Part shown: in pieces, positions 9,592 through 18,497 of the stretch
Layout of the letters: every line of letters starts with the position of its first letter
Position numbering within the stretch: the first letter of the stretch is position 1
NCBI GenBank assembly: GCA_958450865.1
Contig: CAUDNY010000008.1
Span: 56,748 to 120,747, forward strand
Origin: an uncultured Collinsella sp.
GTDB taxonomy: Bacteria; Actinomycetota; Coriobacteriia; Coriobacteriales; Coriobacteriaceae
DNA length: 64,000 nt
Direction of reading: 5' to 3'
Translations under genes and position numbers: made by a program
The notes under the pieces: generated by a model
What the model saw: only the letters and a program-made list of their open reading frames with translations
Database searches by the model: none
What the model was told of the DNA's origin: nothing

Positions 9592-10983
9592 ATGCAAGCC
9601 ATCCTTCCCATACTTGAGTTTATCCAATCGATTCTGACCAAGCCAGCGTGGATTATGGGTCTATTTGCCTTTGTGGGCCTTGTCGCGCTTAAGCGTCCTG
9701 CCCACAAGGTGATGACGGGCACCCTGAAGCCCATTCTTGGTTACATCATGCTGTCCGCCGGCGCCGCTGTTGTTCAGGAGAACCTTGCTCCGCTGGGTAC
9801 CTTCATCGAGACCGGTTTCCACATCACCGGCGTCGTGCCCAACAACGAGGTCGTTGTTTCGATGGCTCAGAGCGTCCTCGGCGTTCAGACCATGATGATC
9901 CTGATTCTCGGCTATGTCGTGAACATTATCATTGCCCGCTTTACCAAGTTTAAGTACATCTTCCTGACGGGCCATCACAGCATGTTTATGGCCTGCCTGC
10001 TGTCTGCCGTTCTGCAGGCATCTGGCTTCCAGGATGTCCAGCTTGTCATCGTGGGCGGCATGTTCCTGGGCCTCGTGAGCGCTATGCTTCCCGCCGTTGG
10101 TCAGCGTTTCACCGAGAAGGTTACCGATGGCGATGAAATCGCCATGGGCCACTTCGGTTCACTCGCCTATTACATCTCCGCTGCAGTCGGTACGCTTTTT
10201 GCTAAGGACGCCGAGGAGAACAGCACCGAGAAGATCGAGGTTCCCGAGAAGTTCGCCTTCCTGCGCGACACTACCATCTCCACGGCTCTTACCATGGCCT
10301 TCTTCTACCTGGTTACCGCTTTCGCCGCTTACATCGCAGATCCTGCGGTCGTTACCAAGACCGCTGGCGGCGACAACGTGATTGTCTATGCCCTGACCTG
10401 TGCCCTGTCCTTTGCCGTTGGTGTCACCATCGTCTATAACGGCGTTCGTATGATCCTTGCCGACCTGGTCCCGGCTTTCCAGGGCATCTCCAACAAGCTG
10501 ATCCCCGGTGCCATCCCCGCCGTCGACTGCGCCGTCTTCTTCCCCTATGCTCCCACCGCCGTCATCCTCGGCTTTGTCGCATCCTTCATCGGTGGCGTGG
10601 TCGGTATGTTCATCGTGGGCGCTACCCTGGGCATCTTCATCATCCCGGGCATGGTTCCCCACTTCTTCTGCGGTGCTACCGCAGGCATCTACGGCAATGC
10701 TACCGGCGGTCGCAAGGGCGCAGCTCTTGGCGCTTTCGTCAACGGCCTGCTCATCACCTTCGCCCCGGCCCTGCTCCTGCCCGTTCTTGACGTCTTTGGC
10801 TTCAAGAACACTACGTTCGGCGACTTCGATTTCTCCGTCATTGGTATTACGCTTGGCCGCGCTGCCGAGGCCTTCGGTACCACCGGTGTCTACGCGATTC
10901 TTGCTGCCCTTCTGATCGTCGCCTTCGTCCCCAACTTCATCCACACCAAGGGTGCTGTGATTAACCACGTTGAGGAAGAGTAA
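9592..10983 (+). CDS. PTS EIIC permease (ascorbate family, UlaA/SgaT-like)
   Basis: ATG at 9592 after AAGGAAG. Polytopic membrane protein with UlaA-like length and hydrophobicity pattern. Confidence 0.85.
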   Translation: MQAILPILEFIQSILTKPAWIMGLFAFVGLVALKRPAHKVMTGTLKPILGYIMLSAGAAVVQENLAPLGTFIETGFHITGVVPNNEVVVSMAQSVLGVQTMMILILGYVVNIIIARFTKFKYIFLTGHHSMFMACLLSAVLQASGFQDVQLVIVGGMFLGLVSAMLPAVGQRFTEKVTDGDEIAMGHFGSLAYYISAAVGTLFAKDAEENSTEKIEVPEKFAFLRDTTISTALTMAFFYLVTAFAAYIADPAVVTKTAGGDNVIVYALTCALSFAVGVTIVYNGVRMILADLVPAFQGISNKLIPGAIPAVDCAVFFPYAPTAVILGFVASFIGGVVGMFIVGATLGIFIIPGMVPHFFCGATAGIYGNATGGRKGAALGAFVNGLLITFAPALLLPVLDVFGFKNTTFGDFDFSVIGITLGRAAEAFGTTGVYAILAALLIVAFVPNFIHTKGAVINHVEEE

Positions 10984-11041
10984 TCCAGGCATACGTTAAG
11001 CCCTAATCGGGCGGAGCTCCGATAACCGGCTCCTACACGGA

Positions 11042-11081
11042 AGCGGTGGCGTCTCAAATGAGGCGTCACCGCTTTTGTTTT
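11042..11081 (+). terminator. intrinsic terminator after PTS IIC
   Basis: agcggtggcgtctc - aaat - gaggcgtcaccgct followed by TTTTGTTTT. Confidence 0.7.
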
Positions 11082-11306
11082 GGAGTGGTTGTGAAAACGT
11101 ACCGGTGAAGCGCTGTCTCTGCGCCGCGAACGGAATCAACCGCGATGATCAGCAAAAACGTTTTGCCGCTGGGGTGTCGATATAAAAATGGTAAAACTGC
11201 AAAACCGTTCGCCGAGAAGATGAAAACCCGCAGCTCACGCCTTGATAAACGTAGGTAAAGTGTTTAGCAGTTTATCGCCCATGTGCAAGCGAAAGGAATC
11301 AGGCAG

Positions 11307-12011
11307 ATGGCAATCAAGGTGTTCGCTGACGGTGCAAATCTCGAGGGCATGCTCGACATGTACGAGAACGGCAACGTTCAGGGTTTCACGACCAACCCGT
11401 CCCTTATGAAGAAGGGCGGCGTGACGGATTACCGCGCGTTTGCCAAAGAGGTCTTGACCCACATCACCGATGTATCCGTGTCGTTTGAGGTCTTTGCCGA
11501 CGACGTCGAGACCATGGAGGGCGAGGCGCGCGAGATCGCTACCTGGGCCGAGAACGTCTATGTCAAGATTCCGTGCGTGACTACCAAGGGCGAGTCCACC
11601 GCCGAGCTAGTCCGCAAGCTTTCGGCCGACGGCATCAAGGTCAACGTCACCACCATCTTTACGCCTGCGCAGGTCGACGAGATGGTCGAGGCCGTTGAAG
11701 CCGAGACGCCGTCAATCATCTCGCTCTTTGCCGGCCGCATCGCCGACACCGGCGTCGACCCCATTCCGTTTATGACGGAGTCGGTCAAGAAGGCCGCCGC
11801 CAAGCCCAACTGCGAGGTCCTGTGGGCGTCCACGCGTGAGCTTATCAATATTTACCAGGCGGAAGGATGCGGTTGCCAGATCATCACGGTGCCCAACAGC
11901 ATCCTGGCCAAGCGTAAGAACATCGGCCGTGACCCGTACGAGGTCTCGCTCGATACCGTGCGCGGTTTTGCCAAGGATATCGCCTCGCTCGGTTTCCATA
12001 TCCTGCCGTAA
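11307..12011 (+). CDS. transaldolase-family protein, paralog 2 (roughly four fifths identical to 8003-8713 by eye)
   Basis: MAIKVFADGANLEGMLDMYENGNVQGFTTNPSLMK. Colinear with paralog 1 over its whole length. Confidence 0.85.
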   Translation: MAIKVFADGANLEGMLDMYENGNVQGFTTNPSLMKKGGVTDYRAFAKEVLTHITDVSVSFEVFADDVETMEGEAREIATWAENVYVKIPCVTTKGESTAELVRKLSADGIKVNVTTIFTPAQVDEMVEAVEAETPSIISLFAGRIADTGVDPIPFMTESVKKAAAKPNCEVLWASTRELINIYQAEGCGCQIITVPNSILAKRKNIGRDPYEVSLDTVRGFAKDIASLGFHILP

Positions 12012-12042
12012 CGCGAACGCTGGCTACATCGCGGGTTGTTCG

Positions 12043-12112
12043 CCCCGGCCTTTCCTTTCCCTATCGCTCACGCGCTTCGCGAGGGTCGCGCTAGGCAAAG
12101 GAAAGGCCGGGG
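12043..12112. repeat. 16-bp-stem hairpin (ccccggcctttccttt ... aaaggaaaggccgggg), 38-nt loop
   Basis: Perfect inverted repeat read directly. Lies between the two copies of the 16-mer ttccatatcctgccgt (11994-12009, 12150-12165). Confidence 0.6.
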
Positions 12113-12170
12113 CTGCCGACACAAACTTGCCGGTAGGTTGGTGATTGGCTTCCATATCCTGCCGTTGACA

Positions 12171-12378
12171 AGGGTACCCCCTGCAGCGACGTGCAAAATC
12201 TCGAGTATTCAGCAAGGTAAAGGCTTTTACCATCTGGTTGAAGCACGGAACAGCCCCCGTTTTGGCTCTGATGATGCTAAAACGGGGGCTGTTTTTGACG
12301 TCATTGTCTCTGTGGGGCATCCGGAACGGTGGAATTTGCAGAATACTCGCGATTTTGCACGTCGCGAGAGGGGGGACC
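12171..12378. repeat. MITE-like unit bounded by about 40-bp imperfect terminal inverted repeats
   Basis: agggtaccccctgcagcgacgtgcaaaatctcgagtattc (12171-12210) against the reverse complement of gaatactcgcgattttgcacgtcgcgagaggggggaccct (12339-12378). Encloses the terminator hairpin at 12250-12296. Confidence 0.55.
12250..12296. terminator. bidirectional terminator (tal paralog 2 / tex)
   Basis: acagcccccgtttt - 15 nt - aaaacgggggctgt followed by TTTTT. Confidence 0.65.
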
Positions 12379-12391
12379 CTTGCTTGGCGGT

Positions 12392-14539
12392 TTACTTCCC
12401 CTGCACCATGGTGAGGGAGATCTTCTTGCGGTCGCGATCGACCTTTTCAACCCACACCTTGACCGTGTCACCGACGCGCACCACGTCGCTGGGGTGCTTG
12501 ACGAAGCGGTTGGCCAGCTTGGAGATGTGCACGAGGCCGTCCTGGTGCACGCCCACGTCGACGAAGGCGCCAAAGTCGACGACGTTGCGCACCGTGCCCT
12601 TGAGTTCCATGCCGGGCTCCAGGTCGTCGATCGAAAGCGCCGAGCGGCTAAAGACTACCTCGGGCGCGTCGTCGCGCGGGTCGCGGCCGGGCTTCTTGAG
12701 CTCGTTGACAATGTCGATGAGCGTGAGGGTGCCGCAGTCTAGATCGCTTGCCAGCGCCGAGATGCTGCCCAGACGGCGCTCGATATCGGGCACGCCGCCG
12801 CGGTTGAGCTCGCTGGCTTTAACGCCGGCGCGCTCCAGGACAGACGTGGCCACCTCATAGCTCTCGGGGTGGACGCTTGTCGCGTCGAGCGGGTTTTTGC
12901 CGCCGCTGATGCGCAGGAAGCCCGCGGCGTTGAGATATGCCTTGGGTCCCAGCTTGGGGACCTTCTTAAGCTGGCGGCGATCGGTAAAGGCGCCGTTTTC
13001 CTCGCGGTAGGCCACGATGTTTTTGGCCACGCTTGGCGTAATGCCCGACACGTAGCCCAGCAGGCTCGCGCTTGCGGTGTTTACATCGACGCCCACGCGG
13101 TTGACGACGTCCTCCACCACGTGGCCCAGCGTGCGCGAGAGCTCGGCCTGGTCAAGGTCGTGCTGGTACTGGCCTACGCCGATGGACTGGGGCGGAATCT
13201 TGACGAGCTCTGCCAGCGGGTCCTGCAGGCGACGACCCAAGCTCATGGCGCCGCGCACGGTGACATCCAGATCGGGATACTCCTGGCTCGCGAGCTCGGA
13301 GGCGGAGTACACCGACGCGCCGGCCTCGTTGACGATGGTGTAGCGAAGGCTGGGCGCCTGCTCGGCAATAAACTCCGAGACGACTTCCTCGGTCTCGCGG
13401 CTGGCGGTGCCGTTGCCGATGACGATGGTGTTGACGCCATCCTTTTTGACGAGGCGGGCGAGCTCGCGTTTGGTGCCGGCGACGTCATGGCGCGGCTTGG
13501 TGGGGTAGACCACGCCGTGGTCAAGTAGCTTGCCGGTCTCGTCCATGACGGCGACCTTGCAGCCGGTGCGGTAGCCCGGATCGAGCGCGAGTACGCGGGC
13601 GCCACGGACGGGGCGTGCCGAGAGCAGGCCCTCGAGATTCTTGGCAAAGACGTTGATGGCCTCGGTCTGGGCGCGAACGGTGAGTTTGGCGCGGGCCTCG
13701 CGCTCCAGCGAGGGGGCCATCAGGCGCTTGTAGCCGTCGGCGATGGCAGCATCGAAGATGGGAGCAAACACGCCCTGGCGACGGGGCCAACGGCCGCCGA
13801 GGCGTGCCGTGGCGGCAGCGCCGTCGACGTTCACGCGCACGCGGAGCTTGCCCTCGCGCTCACCGCGGTCGATAGCCAGCACGCGGTGGTTGGGAATACG
13901 GCGCAGCGGCTCGTCAAAGTTGTAGTAGGGCTCGTAGGGAGTCTTCTCCGTGGGGTCGGTGGCCTCGACGACGATATCGGCGGTGTTTTGCGTAAAGGCG
14001 CGCAGGTCGGCGACGTTCTCGGGATCCTCGGCCACCGTCTCGGCCACGATGTCGGCGGCGCCGGCAAGCGCCTTCTCGGGCGTGTCGAAGCCGGCCTCCT
14101 CGTTGACGTATGTTGCGGCGGCGTCGAGCGCGCTGCCCTTGGCCGAGGCCTGCATGATGATCATGTTGGCGAGCGGCTCCAGGCCGGCTTCGCGGGCCTT
14201 CTGTGCGCGGGTCATACGCTTTTTGCGGTAGGGCTTGTAGAGGTCCTCGACACGCTGGAGCTGCGTGGCCTCGCGGATCTGCTGCTCGAGCTCGGGCGTG
14301 AGCTTACCCTGGGCGTCGATGAGCAGGATAACGTCCTCTTTGCGCTGCTCAAGATTGCGCAGGTATGACAGGCGCTCGTCGAGGGCGCGCAGGGCGACGT
14401 CGTCCATGCCGCCCGTGGCCTCCTTGCGGTAGCGCGAGATAAAGGGGATGGTGTTGCCCTCGTCGATGAGCTTGACGGCCGCTTCGATGTTGGCGGCCTT
14501 AAGGTTGAGCTCGCGGGCGAGCTGGGCGATAAGATCCAT
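12392..14539 (-). CDS. tex: Tex-like transcription accessory protein (YqgF/HhH/S1 domains)
   Basis: MDLIAQLARELNLKAANIEAAVKLIDEGNTIPFISRYRKEATGGMDD N-terminus. C-terminal S1 domain GTVRNVVDFGAFVDVGVHQDGLVHIS. AGGAG RBS before the ATG at 14539. Confidence 0.9.
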   Translation of the reverse strand: MDLIAQLARELNLKAANIEAAVKLIDEGNTIPFISRYRKEATGGMDDVALRALDERLSYLRNLEQRKEDVILLIDAQGKLTPELEQQIREATQLQRVEDLYKPYRKKRMTRAQKAREAGLEPLANMIIMQASAKGSALDAAATYVNEEAGFDTPEKALAGAADIVAETVAEDPENVADLRAFTQNTADIVVEATDPTEKTPYEPYYNFDEPLRRIPNHRVLAIDRGEREGKLRVRVNVDGAAATARLGGRWPRRQGVFAPIFDAAIADGYKRLMAPSLEREARAKLTVRAQTEAINVFAKNLEGLLSARPVRGARVLALDPGYRTGCKVAVMDETGKLLDHGVVYPTKPRHDVAGTKRELARLVKKDGVNTIVIGNGTASRETEEVVSEFIAEQAPSLRYTIVNEAGASVYSASELASQEYPDLDVTVRGAMSLGRRLQDPLAELVKIPPQSIGVGQYQHDLDQAELSRTLGHVVEDVVNRVGVDVNTASASLLGYVSGITPSVAKNIVAYREENGAFTDRRQLKKVPKLGPKAYLNAAGFLRISGGKNPLDATSVHPESYEVATSVLERAGVKASELNRGGVPDIERRLGSISALASDLDCGTLTLIDIVNELKKPGRDPRDDAPEVVFSRSALSIDDLEPGMELKGTVRNVVDFGAFVDVGVHQDGLVHISKLANRFVKHPSDVVRVGDTVKVWVEKVDRDRKKISLTMVQGK

Positions 14540-14621
14540 GGGACTCCTTGCGTTTAAGGTGCGTTTGCAGCACAGGGCTACCAAGGATACCACCCGTCCC
14601 AAAAGGCTGTTTTGGGGCCGC

Positions 14622-14781
14622 GCCACGAAAACGGCCTATCTACTACGTTTTACCCGTAGGGGCTGACCATACCTGGGTTTTCCGAAAATCGACAAGCCGG
14701 TTACCTGCGGTTTTTATTTCGCGAAATTCGGCATGGTTGAGGGCGATCGGTTAAACGTAGTAGATAGGCACATTTCGTGGC
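14622..14781. repeat. inverted-repeat-bounded 160-bp element (family E, copy 1)
   Basis: 17-bp perfect arms gcctatctactacgttt / aaacgtagtagataggc, extendable to 29 bp. The core tacctgcggtttt...gaaattcggcatggt is homologous to 25332-25483 in reverse orientation. Confidence 0.6.
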
Positions 14782-14840
14782 GAACGAATCAAGCTAAGGT
14801 GCAAAAAGTCCCCCGTCCCAGAAAAATCATTGACAACGTA

Positions 14841-14877
14841 GCAAAATGCCCCGCGGGCAGGAGGCTGCTCGCGGGGC
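14841..14877 (-). terminator. terminator of the Gfo/Idh/MocA gene
   Basis: gccccgcg - 14 nt - cgcggggc; on the minus strand it is followed by ATTTTGC. Confidence 0.55.
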
Positions 14878-14950
14878 GAAGAAGAGGGGCTTGTTTGTGG
14901 CGGATCGAGGGGCTCGGCATGGGGTTTCTGCCGTGGCCGCTCTTAAGGCA

Positions 14951-15991
14951 TTACAACTCGACGAGCTGGCCGGTCTCGGCGGCCTCCTTGATGGCGTTGA
15001 GAAGCGTGAGCGTCTTGACGTTGTCGGCGGGGGTCACGACGGGCTCGACCTCGCGGCGGACGACCTTCACAAAGTGCTTGAGCTGCATCTTGTGCGGCAG
15101 CGCCGGGTCCACAGCCGGGATCTCCATCTGCAGCGGCTTGTGCCAGTTGGAGGCACCGTCGTAGGAGAACTGGTGCAGGCGGGGTAGCGAAAGGGCGCCC
15201 TTGGTACCGCCAATAAAGTAGGCATCGGCGTCGAAGGGGCGATACTGCGGATCCTCGCGAGCGGTTGCCTCCCAGTTCCAGGGGCTGGCGGTGGCGTCGG
15301 AGATGGTCATGCTTGCGAGCGCGCCATCGGCAAAACGGACGTTGACCACGGCGGAGTCCTCGGTCTCAAAACCGCGGGCGGCGCTGGACTGCATGCCCTG
15401 GACGGCAACGGGCTCGCCCAGCAGGTAGCGGAGCAGGTCGACGTCGTGCACCAGGTTGACCAGGATCGGGCCGGCACCCTTCTTGCGGCGCCACTCGACA
15501 TCGAAGTACTCGTCATTCTTATAGATCATATAGTGCAAGCTCGACACGGTGAGCTTGCCCAGCTCGCCGGACTCGATGATCTCCTTGGCCTTGTTGACGA
15601 AGGGGTTGTGGCGACGGTGCTGACCCACGAGCACGGGCACGCCGGCGGTCTCGGCCTCGGCGGCGAAGGCCTGGGCATCCTCGAGGTCGTTGGAGATCGG
15701 CTTTTCGACCAGCGGCACGATGTTGCGCTTGATGGCCTCGCGGGCAACGCCCAGGTGCAGGTTGTTGGGGGTGGCGATAATGACGGCCTCGGGCTTGACC
15801 TCGTCCATCATCTGGGCGGGATCGGTATAAAACGGCACGCCGGCGGCCTCGGCCGTGGCGCGGGCGCCCTCAAAGGCGTCAGCGATGGCGACGAGCTCGG
15901 CCTCGGGCTCCTCGGTGACAAAGCGGATGTGGTTGCGGCCCATGGCGCCGGCGCCGATAACGGCAATGCGGACGGGGTTGAGCTCAGACAT
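14951..15991 (-). CDS. Gfo/Idh/MocA-family NAD(P)-dependent oxidoreductase
   Basis: N-terminal Rossmann IAVIGAGAMGRNH, EKPI motif (LVEKPIS), typical 346 aa. Confidence 0.85.
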   Translation of the reverse strand: MSELNPVRIAVIGAGAMGRNHIRFVTEEPEAELVAIADAFEGARATAEAAGVPFYTDPAQMMDEVKPEAVIIATPNNLHLGVAREAIKRNIVPLVEKPISNDLEDAQAFAAEAETAGVPVLVGQHRRHNPFVNKAKEIIESGELGKLTVSSLHYMIYKNDEYFDVEWRRKKGAGPILVNLVHDVDLLRYLLGEPVAVQGMQSSAARGFETEDSAVVNVRFADGALASMTISDATASPWNWEATAREDPQYRPFDADAYFIGGTKGALSLPRLHQFSYDGASNWHKPLQMEIPAVDPALPHKMQLKHFVKVVRREVEPVVTPADNVKTLTLLNAIKEAAETGQLVEL

Positions 15992-16021
15992 TTCGACTCC
16001 TTAATACTGGTGACCGGTGAA

Positions 16022-16052
16022 ATGCGACAAAGGGACAGTCCCTTTGCCGCAT
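16022..16052. repeat. GACAAAGGGAC palindrome, copy 1 (intra-operon, between the MFS stop and the oxidoreductase start)
   Basis: atgcgacaaagggacagtccctttgccgcat. Confidence 0.8.
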
Positions 16053-16060
16053 CGGTAAAA

Positions 16061-17317
16061 CTAGGCGGACTTCTTCTTGCTGTCGGAGACCATCATGTAG
16101 ACGGTGAGCACGACGGCGATGGCGGCGATCACAATGGCGCCGTAGAAGGACTGCTGGTAGGCGGCGCTGCCGGCCTCGGCGTGATACAGCACGGCGGTGA
16201 TGGGCTGGCTGATCCAGGTGGAGGCGGCGTAACCCAAAAACATGATGCCGTAGTTGACGCCGATGTTGCTGGTACCGAAGGCGCCACCGGTGAGCGGCGG
16301 GTAGATGACGAGCAGGGCGCCAAAGCTAAAGCCGAGCAGGGCGAGCGCCACAAAGAACATGCTCTGCGTAAAGCTCATCGACATGATAACGAGCGCGACG
16401 ATGGTGACGACAAGGCTGATGAGCAGCGACTTGTAGGCGCCGAGCTTGTCGATGATCTGGCCAAAGGACAGACGACCGACCAGGTTGGCGCAGGTGTTGA
16501 CGGAGACGACCACGCCGCCGAGGGCGACAGCTGCGGCGCTCGTGGGGTCGGCGAAGAGCTGGACGGCGGCGATGGAGGCAACCTTGCCCACGAGCAGGGT
16601 GCCTGCAGTGGCGGCAAAGGCGAAGGTGACGATGAGGACCCAGAAGCGCGGGGTTTTGACCATCTCGCCCGGGGTGAGGTCGCCGAAGGTGCCGGCGTGC
16701 GCGCCGCCCTTGGGGGCCTCGAAGCCCTCGGGCAGCCAACCGGCCTCGGGGGCCTTCAGGAACAGGGCGGAGGCGGCGATCATCACAAAGAAGATGACGC
16801 CGAGCGCCTTAAGGGCGCCAAAGATTCCCAGGCTTGGGATGAGCAGCGAGGCGAGCACCGGGGACAGCACGGCGGGGCCGGCGGTCGAAGCGGCCAGGGT
16901 GATGCCGGAGGCAAGGCCCTTTTTGTCGATGAACCACTTTTGGCCGGTGGTGAGTGCCGGGTTGTAGCCCAGGCCGTTGCCGATGGCGGCGACGAGCGAG
17001 AACCACAGGTAGAACTGCCACGGCTCGGTGACGGTGCCGGACATAAACCAGCCCAGGCCGTAGCACACAGCGGCGGCGATCACGACGTTGCGCGGGCCGA
17101 TCTTATCGGAGATACGGCCGGCGAAGATGCCCGTCACGGCCATGATGGTCTGAAAGACCGGGAACGCCCAGGTAAGGGCGCTGGACCACTCGGGGTAGAC
17201 GGCGAGCAGGTTCTTGCTCACGACGGAATACAGCGCGATGGAGCTGATGAAGAACATGGTGACGCACGCGGCGGAAAGCACGACGGCGCGACCCTTGTTG
17301 GAGTTGGTGGAAGCCAT
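16061..17317 (-). CDS. MFS transporter (oxalate/formate antiporter-like subfamily)
   Basis: 12-TM hydrophobicity pattern; GRISDKIGPR loop 2-3 motif. Confidence 0.8.
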   Translation of the reverse strand: MASTNSNKGRAVVLSAACVTMFFISSIALYSVVSKNLLAVYPEWSSALTWAFPVFQTIMAVTGIFAGRISDKIGPRNVVIAAAVCYGLGWFMSGTVTEPWQFYLWFSLVAAIGNGLGYNPALTTGQKWFIDKKGLASGITLAASTAGPAVLSPVLASLLIPSLGIFGALKALGVIFFVMIAASALFLKAPEAGWLPEGFEAPKGGAHAGTFGDLTPGEMVKTPRFWVLIVTFAFAATAGTLLVGKVASIAAVQLFADPTSAAAVALGGVVVSVNTCANLVGRLSFGQIIDKLGAYKSLLISLVVTIVALVIMSMSFTQSMFFVALALLGFSFGALLVIYPPLTGGAFGTSNIGVNYGIMFLGYAASTWISQPITAVLYHAEAGSAAYQQSFYGAIVIAAIAVVLTVYMMVSDSKKKSA

Positions 17318-17382
17318 TGGACTCTTTCTAATCGATACGGGGGAGGAGCGGGCGTGTCCGCGGGCCTCCCTGTTAGGTTGGT

Positions 17383-18264
17383 TTACTGGTCAGTCGGCTT
17401 GGCGACGCCGGACTCATCGGACCAGAGCTCGACACCCTTGTTCTTAAGGTAGTTGTCGGCATAGGCGCGACGGCCGCCGGGTTTGGCGGTGAGGTCGCCC
17501 ATCATGTTGGAGAAGCCGCCGTCGACCTTGATGGCGTCGCCGGTGGTAAAGTCCGAGCGCTTGGACGCCAGGAACATGACGGCGTTGGCGATATCGCTGA
17601 CCTCGCCGATGCGGCGCGTGGCGATCAGGCGGCTGCGGCTCTTTTCGACCTCGGGGTCGGCGTAGAAGTTGGCCGACATCGGGGTCTTAACGAAGCAGGG
17701 CTCGACGCAGTTGGAGCGGACGCCGTAGGGGCCCCACTCGGCGGCGAGCATCTTGGACATCATGTTGACGCCCGCCTTGGTGGAGCTGTACACGCCCGAG
17801 AACGTCTCGGGGGAGTGGCTGGCGACGGTCGAGATGTGCACCAGGCGGCCCTGGCCGGCCTTGATCATCTCGCGACCAAAACGCTGCGAGGTGATGAAGT
17901 AGCCGGTGAGGTTGACGTTGAGCACCTGCTCCCAGTCGCTCAGCGGCAGGTCCTCCATGGCGGCGAAGCGCAGGATGCCGGCGGTGTTGACGAGAACGTC
18001 GACGCGGCCGAAGTCGGCGATGGTGGCGTCGACGGCAGCCTGAACCTCGGCCTCGTCGGTGGCGTTCATCTTGTAACCCTCGGCATGGATGCCAAACTCA
18101 GCGGCGAGGTCGGCGGCAGCGGCCTTGACCTTCTCTTCGTCCAGGTCGAGCAGGACGACGTTGGCGCCGTTGCGGGCGAACTCGCGGCAAATCTCGACGC
18201 CCATACCGCCGAGCGCGCCAGTCACGGCGCAGACATCGCCCTCGAGCTTAAGCCAATTGCTCAT
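17383..18264 (-). CDS. SDR-family oxidoreductase
   Basis: TGALGGMG cofactor motif, NTAG, and a YSSTK catalytic Tyr-x3-Lys. Confidence 0.85.
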   Translation of the reverse strand: MSNWLKLEGDVCAVTGALGGMGVEICREFARNGANVVLLDLDEEKVKAAAADLAAEFGIHAEGYKMNATDEAEVQAAVDATIADFGRVDVLVNTAGILRFAAMEDLPLSDWEQVLNVNLTGYFITSQRFGREMIKAGQGRLVHISTVASHSPETFSGVYSSTKAGVNMMSKMLAAEWGPYGVRSNCVEPCFVKTPMSANFYADPEVEKSRSRLIATRRIGEVSDIANAVMFLASKRSDFTTGDAIKVDGGFSNMMGDLTAKPGGRRAYADNYLKNKGVELWSDESGVAKPTDQ

Positions 18265-18497
18265 AGGAACTTCCCTTCTTGTGCCTCCCGGTGGGTCGCT
18301 CCCATTAATCGACCCACGTGGTTTTCGCTGGTTATCGTATGCTTTGCATTTGCGCAGGTGAATTGCATATTTGTTAGAATGGCGTTAACTGTAGGTTTAC
18401 ACCGTGCGATGCAGTTTTTTCTCAATTGAGCGCGTGACCTGCCAAAACGACCCCCTTCGGTAGTTCATTGCCATGCGTCTGGAAACAGGAGATTGAC

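Noticed and set aside
12036-12860. 274-aa plus-strand ORF spanning the tal2-tex spacer and the tex 3' end
   Set aside because: Its 5' part reads through non-coding palindromes and its 3' part is antisense to the tex S1 domain. The only meaningful piece is the 16-bp echo of the transaldolase end, reported as a repeat.
15446-17452. 668-aa plus-strand ORF overlapping the Gfo/Idh/MocA and MFS genes
   Set aside because: It runs antisense to two well-supported genes. Its translation is Gly/Asp/His/Arg/Ala-rich low-complexity sequence with no motifs, typical of a shadow ORF in high-GC DNA.
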